Source: a virus. From it: a stretch of 44,399 nt of DNA. The stretch lies in the IMG/VR virus record IMGVR_UViG_3300015190_000001, positions 1-44,399 of that record, one strand, 5' to 3'. Shown here one piece after another: positions 31,726 to 39,509 of the stretch. The notes below the pieces were generated by a model that saw only the letters and a list, made by a program, of their open reading frames with translations, was not told the origin of the DNA and did no database searches. How positions within the stretch are numbered: position 1 is the first letter of the stretch; each line of letters starts with the position of its first letter. Made by a program: the position numbers and the translations under genes.

Positions 31726-31935
31726 GTGATCGAGATGACACGCGAGAAACGATCAGAAATCGTCCGCTCACGCATCACGCCCTCAATGCGTGAGCAGTTG
31801 GAGCTCGATCTTCGAGAGAGAAGCAACGTCCTTTCCATTTCCGATTACCTCTTCGAGCTGGTAGAGGAACGGCTGGCTACGAGGGCGATCCGGGTAAACC
31901 GTGTCCAAGTGAGTAAGCGCATTGGCAACCAATAG
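31726..31935 (+). CDS. Ribbon-helix-helix (CopG/MobC-like) small regulator
   Basis: ..RSEIVRSRITPSMREQLELDLRERSNVLSISDYLFELVEE.. fits a beta-strand/helix/helix pattern. The start is GTG 31726 or ATG 31735. Confidence 0.5.
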   Translation: MIEMTREKRSEIVRSRITPSMREQLELDLRERSNVLSISDYLFELVEERLATRAIRVNRVQVSKRIGNQ

Positions 31936-31947
31936 CGCATTTTTTTT
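31917..31947 (+). terminator. Intrinsic terminator
   Basis: gcgcattgg-caa-ccaat(a)gcgc followed by aTTTTTTTT. It overlaps the stop of the RHH gene. Confidence 0.65.
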
Positions 31948-32100
31948 GGGCCGGGCGAGGCCAGTTGTGGCCGCTCGTGTCCGCAGGAACTTCTAACGGG
32001 GCAGCCTCGATCAAGGTGCTGCCCGAGTCCCACCACTTGGAACAGCGGCCCCGACCATAAAACAAGAAAGGTGGGAGCGGGGTAGTGGTGGGAGCAGTGA

Positions 32101-32772
32101 ATGAACTTCTACAAGCATCACCTAGGGGACTATGACGGAGCTACGGCTCATCTGTCATGGGAAGAAGACCTCGCCTACAGGCGGCTCTTGAGCGTGTACT
32201 ACCGCAGGGAATTACCGCTCCCAAAGCAGCCCAGCGAGACGTTCCGCCTCGTCAGGGCGACTACTCGAATACAGAAGGAAGCAGTAAGCCGAGTCCTGGA
32301 AGAGTTTTTCCATGAACAGGAAGACGGTTGGCATCAGAAACGTGCCGACGAAGAGATAAAGGCATACCAAGAACAGTGCCAGAAAAACCGTGAAGTTGGA
32401 AAGCTTGGAGGTAGGCCAAAGAAAACCGTTGGGGTTTCTGTAGAAAACCATGAAGGTTATGAATCGGTTTCCAGAAATAACCCTAACCAAGAACCAAGAA
32501 CCAAGAACCAAGAACCAGAAAAGAAGCAAGGCGCATTCGCGCTGCCTGACTGGGTTCCTGAAGAACCGTGGAAAGCATGGCTAGAGGTTCGATCTAAGAA
32601 CCGAGCCCCGAATACACCGAGGGCTTTGGCTATCGCGGTCAGGGAACTCGATCGCCTTCGCGTCGCTGGTCAGGATCCGGTGGCGCTGCTCGAGAAGGCG
32701 ACCCTTAGCGGCTGGCGGTCGATCTGGCCGCTCAAGGACCAGCCGGCGGCGCCGGTCAAGGTGGACCGATGA
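32101..32772 (+). CDS. DUF1376 (YdaU-like) replication-module protein
   Basis: MNFYKHHLGDYDGATAHLSWEEDLAYRRLLSVYYRRELPLP is the hallmark DUF1376 N-terminus. It precedes the primase-Zn and helicase genes. Confidence 0.75.
   Translation: MNFYKHHLGDYDGATAHLSWEEDLAYRRLLSVYYRRELPLPKQPSETFRLVRATTRIQKEAVSRVLEEFFHEQEDGWHQKRADEEIKAYQEQCQKNREVGKLGGRPKKTVGVSVENHEGYESVSRNNPNQEPRTKNQEPEKKQGAFALPDWVPEEPWKAWLEVRSKNRAPNTPRALAIAVRELDRLRVAGQDPVALLEKATLSGWRSIWPLKDQPAAPVKVDR
32485..32518 (+). repeat. Tandem heptanucleotide repeat (AACCAAG)x4 plus a partial unit inside the DUF1376 gene
   Basis: aaccaag units at 32485, 32492, 32499 and 32506, then aaccag. They encode NQEPRTKNQEPE in the linker. Confidence 0.9.
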
Positions 32773-33185
32773 GAGCCGAAGAGTTCGTCTCGCGGCTCGT
32801 GAAGGTCCGCCGCACTGGGCCAGGTCGATGGGTTTCCTGCTGCCCGGCCCACGAGGATGATCACCCGAGCTTCACCATTCGCGAGCTCGAGGACGGCAGG
32901 ATCCTCACGCATTGTTTCGCCGGCTGCAGCGTGGAGGACGTCGTCGCGGCGGTCGGTGTTTCGGTCTCCGATCTTTTCCCCGAGAAGCTGATCGAGTACG
33001 CGAAACCTTTGCGCCGTCCGTTCCCGGCCGAGGATGTGCTGGCCTGCCTCGAAATCGAGATGCAGATCGTGGCGATTTGCGCTGGCGACATGGCAGCCGG
33101 CAGGCCGCTGGCAGAGAAAGACAAGGTTCGCCTTGCCGTTGCGCAGGAGCGAATCTCCGAGGCTGTGAGGTTTGGCCGTGGCTGA
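32769..33185 (+). CDS. Primase-type zinc-finger protein (CHC2/primase-helicase Zn-ribbon-like)
   Basis: WVSCCPAHEDDHPSFTIREL.DGRILTHCFAGCSVEDVVAAVGVSVSDLF. ATGA overlap with the upstream gene. Confidence 0.6.
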   Translation: MRAEEFVSRLVKVRRTGPGRWVSCCPAHEDDHPSFTIRELEDGRILTHCFAGCSVEDVVAAVGVSVSDLFPEKLIEYAKPLRRPFPAEDVLACLEIEMQIVAICAGDMAAGRPLAEKDKVRLAVAQERISEAVRFGRG

Positions 33186-34128
33186 CGCACAGCGAGGGGC
33201 GACTGTCTTGGACCTCGCGGCACGCGCGGCGGCGGTTATCCGTGGCGACAGCATTCCCTGGGAGAAGTACCTCACGCCGGAAGACAAGACCCGCATCGTT
33301 CCTGCCGAGTCGATAGCGGAGGAGGGTACGAAGCGGCTGATGATCGCGCCGGAGAATGAGCGTGGCCTGACGTTGCCGTGGGCGAAGGTGAGAAACGATG
33401 TCCTGATCCGTCCCGGGAAGCTGGCGATATGGGCTGGCTGGACGCACCACGGCAAGACGCAGATGGTGAAGCAGTTGATGCTCCACGGAATCAGCACCTC
33501 GGAGAAGTGCCTGGTCGCCTCTATGGAAGAAGAGGTGGTCGACGTGTGGGCGGACATGGCGACGATCGCCTGCGGTGCGCAGGAGCCGAAGTTGCGCGAC
33601 CTCAAGCGGTTCACCGAGTTCGTGCGAGGAAATCTCTGGTTCTACGACCAGCACGGAATGGTCGACGCGCGAAGGATCCAGGCCCTTATCAGATACGCCG
33701 CGGCCGAGCTGAAGATCACGCACGCCGTAATCGACTCGCTGATGATGCTCGCGCTTGATCGAGACGACTACGAGGCTCAGGCCAAGTTCGTGGGCGAGCT
33801 GAAGACCACGGCGAAGGACACCGGCGTCACGATCCACCTCGTCGCTCATATGCGAAAGCGCGAGGGGAAGGGTGGTGATGAATCTCCAGGAACTATCCAT
33901 GACATTTCCGGCGGTCACGAGATCGGGTCGAAGGCCGACTACGTGTTCATCGTCTGGCGAGACAAGAAGCCGAATGCGCAGCCGTCAACGATCCTGAAAG
34001 TGGACAAGCAGCGCGGCCGAAAGAACTGGGTTGGCACGGTGGGTCTTAATTTCCACGCGCAGTCGAGGCAGTTTGTCGAGGACGTACATCCGATGAGGTT
34101 CTGGAATGAAGAAGAACAACCATTCTGA
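33172..34128 (+). CDS. DnaB/T7 gp4-like replicative helicase (RecA-fold domain)
   Basis: Walker A GWTHHGKT, Walker B HAVIDSLMML, and later ..IHLVAHMRK...ISGGHEIGSKADYVFIVWR. Confidence 0.75.
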   Translation: MAVADAQRGATVLDLAARAAAVIRGDSIPWEKYLTPEDKTRIVPAESIAEEGTKRLMIAPENERGLTLPWAKVRNDVLIRPGKLAIWAGWTHHGKTQMVKQLMLHGISTSEKCLVASMEEEVVDVWADMATIACGAQEPKLRDLKRFTEFVRGNLWFYDQHGMVDARRIQALIRYAAAELKITHAVIDSLMMLALDRDDYEAQAKFVGELKTTAKDTGVTIHLVAHMRKREGKGGDESPGTIHDISGGHEIGSKADYVFIVWRDKKPNAQPSTILKVDKQRGRKNWVGTVGLNFHAQSRQFVEDVHPMRFWNEEEQPF

Positions 34129-34273
34129 AAATCACGAGAAGGCGCCGCAGTGCGCGGCGTTCGTGCGCGCCATGCGAGAGGCGTTCGGCCATGACCAAGT
34201 TACGGTTTTGTGGGTGAAGGAGGGGGATTTTGAGCTTGGCGAACCCTACGGAGAAAGAGGCGAGCCGCGATAG
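34106..34273 (+). CDS. Possible small protein (55 aa)
   Basis: ATG at 34106 after GAGG. Third-position GC is about 70 percent. It overlaps the helicase end by 23 nt and is below the ORF-track cut-off. Confidence 0.35.
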   Translation: MKKNNHSENHEKAPQCAAFVRAMREAFGHDQVTVLWVKEGDFELGEPYGERGEPR

Positions 34274-34511
34274 ATGCGGAACCTGCGTACACGCGACGGA
34301 AGTGAAAGCCAAAACGGGGACGTTGCTCGGCTTCATCCGCTGCGTTCATCTACCGCAGTGGCAATGGCATGCGCCGTGGCGACCATGCCAATTCGAGAGG
34401 TCTCGCTATGAGCGACGAGCCGATCAGCCTGAAGGAGATGCGCAAATTTCACGCGATGATTCGGGACATCGCGAAGCAGGTGAGGTGGGCGGGCGAGGTC
34501 ATGGAGCCTGA
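34230..34511 (+). CDS. Possible Cys-rich small protein; its 3' 104 nt overlap ninB out of frame
   Basis: CGTCVH...CVH...PC pattern. Third-position GC is good up to about 34408 and poor afterwards. Confidence 0.3.
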   Translation: MSLANPTEKEASRDRCGTCVHATEVKAKTGTLLGFIRCVHLPQWQWHAPWRPCQFERSRYERRADQPEGDAQISRDDSGHREAGEVGGRGHGA

Positions 34512-34761
34512 CGAGTGGAAGCTGATCATCTTCGCTGGTGCCTACGGGCAGAACGTGATCAGCAACCCAATGGTTGGTTTTCCGGGGGCGCCGAACTTCA
34601 TCATCAGGAACAAACGCCGAACAAGAGGCCTGACCGTGTCTACCGCGGCCGAGCTCATCACGCAACTGTACGCCTTCGGGGCTGAGAACGGAGTGGAGTG
34701 GACGGACCCTGAATGGGTGGCGATGCGCGCGCAGGAAGCGAAGGAGGCGGCGCGTGCGTAG
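34408..34761 (+). CDS. ninB: NinB/Orf-family recombination mediator
   Basis: MRKFHAMIRDIAKQVRWAGEVMEPDEWKLIIFAG...ELITQLYAFGAENGVEWTDPEW parallels lambda NinB (..NRKLWACLGDVSRQVEWHGRWLDAESWKCVFTAA...ELLELIQAFGTERGVKWSDEA). The lambda sequence is recalled from memory. The product is N-terminally shorter than lambda NinB. Confidence 0.65.
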   Translation: MSDEPISLKEMRKFHAMIRDIAKQVRWAGEVMEPDEWKLIIFAGAYGQNVISNPMVGFPGAPNFIIRNKRRTRGLTVSTAAELITQLYAFGAENGVEWTDPEWVAMRAQEAKEAARA

Positions 34762-35044
34762 GGCCGCCAACAAGGACAAGAACCAGGCCGAGATCATCGA
34801 CGCCCTGAAGAAGGTGGGCGTTTCCGTCGAGATCATCAAGCAGCCGGTCGACTTGCTCATCTGCTGTCGAGGCGAGACGAGCCTCATGGAGATCAAGAAC
34901 CCGGACCGCACCAGCGACGACCCGAAGTCGCGCCTGACCGAGGCGCAGATCAAGTTCATCGAACGCTGGCCAGGAAAGATTCACATCGTTCGTTCAAAAG
35001 AAGAAGCGATCCGCGAAGTCCTCGGAGAAAAGGTGCTCGCATGA
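34754..35044 (+). CDS. PD-(D/E)XK (VRR-NUC-like) nuclease, putative Holliday-junction resolvase
   Basis: 96 aa. ..NQAEIIDALKKVGVSV...VDLLICCRGETSLMEIK....LTEAQIKFIERW (D...E.K). Confidence 0.55.
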   Translation: MRRAANKDKNQAEIIDALKKVGVSVEIIKQPVDLLICCRGETSLMEIKNPDRTSDDPKSRLTEAQIKFIERWPGKIHIVRSKEEAIREVLGEKVLA

Positions 35045-35457
35045 ACCTTGCAGACGGCCCACGCCTTTACTCGAAGGGCTATAGGAACCGAACTCCGACC
35101 GAGGAGATCCTGCCTCAGCACCGCGAGGTTCATGCACGCTTGGTCCGATGGGGGCTGTGGGCTGGTGGTCGTTCCAGGAGCCGCAGCCTAATCTCGATCG
35201 AGAGCCTATACCGGAAGGAATCCAACACGCCCGCGAGCACGGCGCCGCTTTCAGCGGACCCGCAGGTTATGGAGATGGAGCGTGCGGTGATCAGGCTGCC
35301 TGAAGCGCACAGGCTGACCGTGCGCCTGCTCTACGTGAACCGATGGGCCCCGGTGTCGATCTGCCAGCGCACGAGGATGCGCTATGAGGCTTGGCCGCAA
35401 CACATCGCGACGTGCAGGGCCATGGTGGTCAACCTGTTGCGTCGTCATTCCGCTTGA
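35041..35457 (+). CDS. Late-gene regulator, antiterminator Q-like
   Basis: 138 aa. RLVRWGLWAGG...(X)...MEMERAVIRLPEAHRLTVRLLYVNRW fits the layout of Q-type/sigma-r4-like late regulators. It is the last gene before a 136-bp gap and the packaging genes. Confidence 0.45.
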   Translation: MNLADGPRLYSKGYRNRTPTEEILPQHREVHARLVRWGLWAGGRSRSRSLISIESLYRKESNTPASTAPLSADPQVMEMERAVIRLPEAHRLTVRLLYVNRWAPVSICQRTRMRYEAWPQHIATCRAMVVNLLRRHSA

Positions 35458-35593
35458 CCACTATCCGTAGTAGGCGCACAATCCTCCTTACAACTCGCCC
35501 CTGAACGCGCTCCCCGCGCGCTACTCGATGCCAAGCGTCGGGTAGCTCTATTACCCAAAACCCACAGCAATAGCGCCCGAGCGCACAAGCGCC

Positions 35594-35782
35594 ATGGATC
35601 TATTCGCCATGACAAACAAGAAGCGCCGGGTAAACGGCGCCACACAACTCGTCCGTGCCTGCCTCGCGCCCGGCTGCAAGCGGCTGACGCTGCGCGGCCT
35701 CTGCGGCCTCTGCGGCCCATGCTTCACCACCGAGAAGCTGCGCCGCATCTTCGCCGGCATCGCCGCGCAGGATCGGCACTAG
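35594..35782 (+). CDS. Hypothetical basic Cys-rich small protein
   Basis: 62 aa. CLAPGC...GLCGLCGPC. High third-position GC. Confidence 0.45.
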   Translation: MDLFAMTNKKRRVNGATQLVRACLAPGCKRLTLRGLCGLCGPCFTTEKLRRIFAGIAAQDRH

Positions 35783-35784
35783 GC

Positions 35785-36039
35785 ATGCCGATCTACGGCT
35801 ACCGCTGTACCTGCGGCTGGTCCGGCGATCTCTTGATGACGGTCGACGCTCGAGACGGTGCTCTTTGCCCGAACTGTCAGCGATGCCCGGAAAGGCTTCC
35901 ATCGGCGCCGCTCTTCAGGTTCGCAGGCCGCGTGACATCAGGAGGCGGACCGGACAAGTTCACCGCCGACATGCTCGGCATTCCCCTACACGACCTACCA
36001 GCGGGGCTAAGGACAAATGCCAACGACCTCAAGGATTAG
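35785..36039 (+). CDS. FmdB-family (CxxC_CxxC_SSSS) zinc-ribbon protein
   Basis: MPIYGYRCTCGW....(X)..ALCPNCQRC. The start is at the internal ATG 35785 of ORF 35719-36039. Confidence 0.6.
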   Translation: MPIYGYRCTCGWSGDLLMTVDARDGALCPNCQRCPERLPSAPLFRFAGRVTSGGGPDKFTADMLGIPLHDLPAGLRTNANDLKD

Positions 36040-36547
36040 CGAGGCAACCCGCGAGAAGGTGCGCAAGGCGTGGCCGGCGATACTCGACGCCCTGGCGGAT
36101 GGCTCGTCCGTGAGCAAGGCCCTCAATGCACATGGAATAAGCCGCGGCGTCATCAGCGCCTTCATCGCCTCCGAGCCTGACGCCAGAACGGAGTGGGAAA
36201 CAGCGAAAGAGGTAAGCGCCGAGGTGCTGTTCGACGACCTCCTCGAGCTCACAAACTCCCGCTTCGAGAGCATCGACCCAACAAGAGCCCGCGCCACAAT
36301 GGACAGCCTCAAATGGCTGGCCGCCAAGAGAAACCCAAGGGTCTACAGCGACCGCTCCCAGGTCGACGTCAACGTCAAGACAATCGACCTCACCAAGATC
36401 ATCTCCGAAGCCCACAAGCGCCTCGCCGATGGCCGCAGGGCCCTCCAAGCAGGGAGAACCATCGAAGTGCTGCCAGTCCGAACAGAAGAGACGACCGAAG
36501 TGGTGAATGGACTGGTCGAAAGGGCTGCGATAAGGGTCGATGGCTAA
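36017..36547 (+). CDS. terS: Terminase small subunit
   Basis: 176 aa with an N-terminal HTH-like segment. ..SLKWLAAKRNPRVYSDRSQVDV.. is typical of small-terminase families. It lies upstream of terL. Confidence 0.65.
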   Translation: MPTTSRISEATREKVRKAWPAILDALADGSSVSKALNAHGISRGVISAFIASEPDARTEWETAKEVSAEVLFDDLLELTNSRFESIDPTRARATMDSLKWLAAKRNPRVYSDRSQVDVNVKTIDLTKIISEAHKRLADGRRALQAGRTIEVLPVRTEETTEVVNGLVERAAIRVDG

Positions 36548-36722
36548 TTACCCACGCTGCGCCACCTGTCCGCTCACCGGCATCAAGAAAGTGGTGAACT
36601 CCGCAGAGGAGGAACGCGCATTCGTCTATGGCCCAGCACTGTGGCTTCTTCGGCCAATCTGGTGGCTGGTGACTGCGATGGCTAATTACAGGCGCTCGCC
36701 GATTGCGCCCACGCGCGCGTAA
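36540..36722 (+). CDS. Hypothetical small protein (uncertain)
   Basis: 60 aa, flanked or penetrated by the 14-bp repeat cgatggctaattac (36538-36551 and 36676-36689). Confidence 0.3.
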   Translation: MANYPRCATCPLTGIKKVVNSAEEERAFVYGPALWLLRPIWWLVTAMANYRRSPIAPTRA

Positions 36723-36874
36723 GGCCTGACCGGCAGCGATGGATCTCGCGACCAGGCGCACAGTTCGGGCGGCAGTTGACCTTTGCGCTGCGCCGCCGCA
36801 ATGCGATGGATCGCGCAAGTGATGTCGAGATAATGCTCGTAAGCACATGATCCCGCTCGTTTGGTGCAGCGCAT
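36686..36874 (-). CDS. Possible antisense small ORF in the terS-terL gap (uncertain)
   Basis: 62 aa from ATG 36874 (RBS GAAGG). Third-position GC is about 67 percent. It converges on 36540-36722. Confidence 0.25.
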   Translation of the reverse strand: MRCTKRAGSCAYEHYLDITCAIHRIAAAQRKGQLPPELCAWSRDPSLPVRPYARVGAIGERL

Positions 36875-36905
36875 GACAACCAACCTTCATTATGTCAAAT
36901 GCGCT

Positions 36906-36947
36906 AAGTGCTTGAGCGCGCTAGCCAAGTGATTGAGCGAGCTAGGC
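36906..36947 (+). repeat. Tandem 21-bp direct repeat (18/21 identical)
   Basis: aagtgcttgagcgcgctagcc / aagtgattgagcgagctaggc. Confidence 0.85.
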
Positions 36948-37000
36948 ATCCTGCGCCAGGTGATCGGCAAGCACACCGGCCCCTGGCGAGCATTTGCCGA

Positions 37001-37025
37001 GGGGGGGGTGCCGGGTGGGTAGGGG
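37001..37025 (+). repeat. G-run cluster (G8, GGG, GGG, GGGG), a G-quadruplex-type motif
   Basis: ggggggggtgccgggtgggtagggg on the sense strand of the late transcript. Confidence 0.7.
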
Positions 37026-37120
37026 CCGGAAACGCCCGCCAGCACCGGCTGCGGGGGTGATGCTCTCCCCGTCCGCGTAGAAATTTAGAAAAAAAGTTTA
37101 GGAAATGAAGGTGGTGCCTG

Positions 37121-38704
37121 ATGGGGATGCTGGGGAGTCCTGATCAGGAGGCGGAGATCATGGCGCAGGTGTTGTCCTTCCGGTCGGACCCGGTTGGGTT
37201 TGTGCTGTGGTCGTATCCGTGGGGGAAGGAGGGCTCGCCGCTGGCCGGGGTGAAGGGGCCGCGGGATTGGCAGTTGGAGGAGCTCGAGGCGATTGGGGAG
37301 CATGTGCGCAGGCAGGAGGCGGCGTGCGCGGGCGGGTTGCCGACGGAGATCTGGCGCTCTGAGTATTCGAGTGGTCGTGGCCCTGGGAAGTCGGCGCTGT
37401 TCGGGATGGCGGCGCACTGGCACTTCAGCACGCACATTGGGTCGACGACGCAGGTTTCGGCCAACACGGAGACGCAGCTTCGGACGAAGACGTTCCCGGA
37501 GTTTGCGAACTGGTTCGGGTGCGCGGTCAATAGGCACTGGTTCACGATCGAGGCGTTGGCGATCCAGCCGGCGCCGTGGCTGTACGAGTTGATCGGGAAG
37601 CTCGAGCAGGAAGGCGGGTTGGGTTTTGTCCCTGAGAAGTGGTTCGTTCGTGGGCAGAACTGGACCGAGGACAACCCGAGCGCTTACGCGGGGGAGCACA
37701 ACCAGCGCGGGCTGATGCTGCTCTTCGACGAGGCGGCGGGGATTCACGCGGAGGTATGGAACACATCCGAGGGGTTCTTCACCGAGGTTAACCCTTATCG
37801 CTTCTGGATGGCGGCGAGCCAGATGCGCAACCGCTCAGGGCGTTTCTACGACATCGGCCACGACAAGCAGCTTGGCGAGGGCTGGCGCTTTCGGACGATC
37901 TCGACGCGCGGAATGGCTGGTGTCGACCAGGCGTTGATCGAGTCGCAGATCAAGCGCTACGGGCCTGACTCCGATTTCGTGCGGGTCGAGATTGACGGCC
38001 TTGCGCCGAGGACGAGCGAGGACCAGTTCATTCCCTGGGACACGGTGCGTGCCGGGCAGCAGAACGAGCTCGCGCGGGACTACGGCGAGCCGCTGATTCT
38101 TGGCGTGGATCCAGCCCCTAGAGGGAAGACGTCGTGGCGGTTCAGGCAGGGCAGGAACGCGCGCGACTGCGTGGGAGCCGCAACGTTCGGCGCGTGGTAC
38201 GCCCTGGACAACGTGCAGATCGCCGAGAAGATTCTTGAGTTCGATGCGAAGTTCAGGCCCGACTACATCTGCATCGACTTCGGTATGGGCACCGGGGTCA
38301 TCGACATCCTGAAGCGAAAGCGCACGAACGGCCGGTTGCTCGAGGTGCGCTTCGGAGATCAGGCACACGACAAGCACGGCGAGTTCGCCACGCATGCGGC
38401 GGAACTGTGGGCGCGGGTTCGTGCCTGGCTGCCAGGCGCGATGGTCGAAAAGGACGACGGCTCCAAAGGAACTCTTTCGCATCAACTGACCGACCGCGGC
38501 TGGCGCTACTCGCAGCGCGAGGACGGGAAGAAGATCCTCGAGACGAAAGACGACATGGCGCGCCGCGGCGTTTCATCGCCCGATGACGCGGATGCGCTCG
38601 CTTGCACGCACGAGTTGGTTAACCCTCCGCGCATCGATCGGCCGGTGCGCTCGGGCATGCAGAAGATCGCCGAAGGGGTTGGGCAAAGCCCCTTCTTTGA
38701 TTGA
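37121..38704 (+). CDS. terL: Terminase large subunit
   Basis: 527 aa. Walker A-like SGRGPGKSALFG and Walker B-like MLLFDEAAG, with a C-terminal nuclease-type region. RBS GAAGGTGG. Confidence 0.85.
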   Translation: MGMLGSPDQEAEIMAQVLSFRSDPVGFVLWSYPWGKEGSPLAGVKGPRDWQLEELEAIGEHVRRQEAACAGGLPTEIWRSEYSSGRGPGKSALFGMAAHWHFSTHIGSTTQVSANTETQLRTKTFPEFANWFGCAVNRHWFTIEALAIQPAPWLYELIGKLEQEGGLGFVPEKWFVRGQNWTEDNPSAYAGEHNQRGLMLLFDEAAGIHAEVWNTSEGFFTEVNPYRFWMAASQMRNRSGRFYDIGHDKQLGEGWRFRTISTRGMAGVDQALIESQIKRYGPDSDFVRVEIDGLAPRTSEDQFIPWDTVRAGQQNELARDYGEPLILGVDPAPRGKTSWRFRQGRNARDCVGAATFGAWYALDNVQIAEKILEFDAKFRPDYICIDFGMGTGVIDILKRKRTNGRLLEVRFGDQAHDKHGEFATHAAELWARVRAWLPGAMVEKDDGSKGTLSHQLTDRGWRYSQREDGKKILETKDDMARRGVSSPDDADALACTHELVNPPRIDRPVRSGMQKIAEGVGQSPFFD

Positions 38705-38731
38705 CCCGACACAACCGTATCGAGAGCTTCC

Positions 38732-38953
38732 ATGTCCAGCGTAAACATCCCAAGTCCGACTCCACCGCCTCAGTCGCCGATGGACGACCCGGAAGCGGTG
38801 CGTCAGCGCCAGATCAAGTCCGACAATGCGATTGCTGAAGCGAAGGCAACAGGCCGCGGCTCGACCATCGTCGCTGGTGCGCAGATCGCCCGCGACCGGC
38901 AGGCGACCCATCTGCAGGCGCGCATGAAGGCTGCGCAGGATCTCGGGCTGTGA
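38732..38953 (+). CDS. Hypothetical head-module protein
   Basis: 73-aa ORF. Confidence 0.45.
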   Translation: MSSVNIPSPTPPPQSPMDDPEAVRQRQIKSDNAIAEAKATGRGSTIVAGAQIARDRQATHLQARMKAAQDLGL

Positions 38954-39186
38954 AGCTCGGACGGCAAGGCGACGCGAAGGTGGACCCGGCGCCAGGTGCG
39001 CTCAAGCCGCGGCAGCGTTTGCCGGCGGCAATCAAGGCGAAGGTGCATCGGTTCATGGCGCGCGACAAGCATCAGTTGCCGCGAAGCGTGCAGCCGTTGA
39101 ATCCAGGGTTCGCTCTCCTCGAGCGCATGCGCGCGGAGAAAACAACAAAGGTGCGCGGTGAACGCGCGAAAGTGAGGGGGAAATGA
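38950..39186 (+). CDS. Hypothetical basic protein
   Basis: 78 aa, GTGA overlap with the upstream gene. Confidence 0.4.
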   Translation: MKLGRQGDAKVDPAPGALKPRQRLPAAIKAKVHRFMARDKHQLPRSVQPLNPGFALLERMRAEKTTKVRGERAKVRGK

Positions 39187-39509
39187 GCACTTCGGACAAA
39201 GACAACTTCAAGACAAGTTCCGCGCTTAATCGGACTGCCGCCTTTTTTGGCGACGATCGCGCCGACACGTCGGACCAGACGAAAGCAAAGGAAGACGCCG
39301 CCAGGCGAGCGGCTGCCGATGCGGCGGCCAAAGCGGCGGCAGCCGGCAGGGTGCCTGACCCGATGCAGTTCGAGACGCGCCGGCAGGACTATAGCAACGT
39401 GGCAGCCGCGGCGGGCGCACAGCGCACCGGTAGCGACGCCGACCTCCTGGGCTTCGTAGGATCGCGGGCGCGTCGCGCCGGCGCCGCTCGCCGCATCCTG
39501 GGCGACTAA
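39183..39509 (+). CDS. Hypothetical Ala-rich protein
   Basis: 108 aa, ATGA overlap with the upstream gene. Confidence 0.45.
   Translation: MSTSDKDNFKTSSALNRTAAFFGDDRADTSDQTKAKEDAARRAAADAAAKAAAAGRVPDPMQFETRRQDYSNVAAAAGAQRTGSDADLLGFVGSRARRAGAARRILGD

Noticed and set aside
35458-35593. Defined late promoter or qut-like site downstream of the Q-like gene (GGGTAgctctatTACCC palindrome at 35540-35556 and a GC hairpin at about 35503-35520)
   Set aside because: No convincing -35/-10 pair or terminator with a U-tract could be identified by eye. The region is very likely regulatory, but I cannot support specific coordinates.
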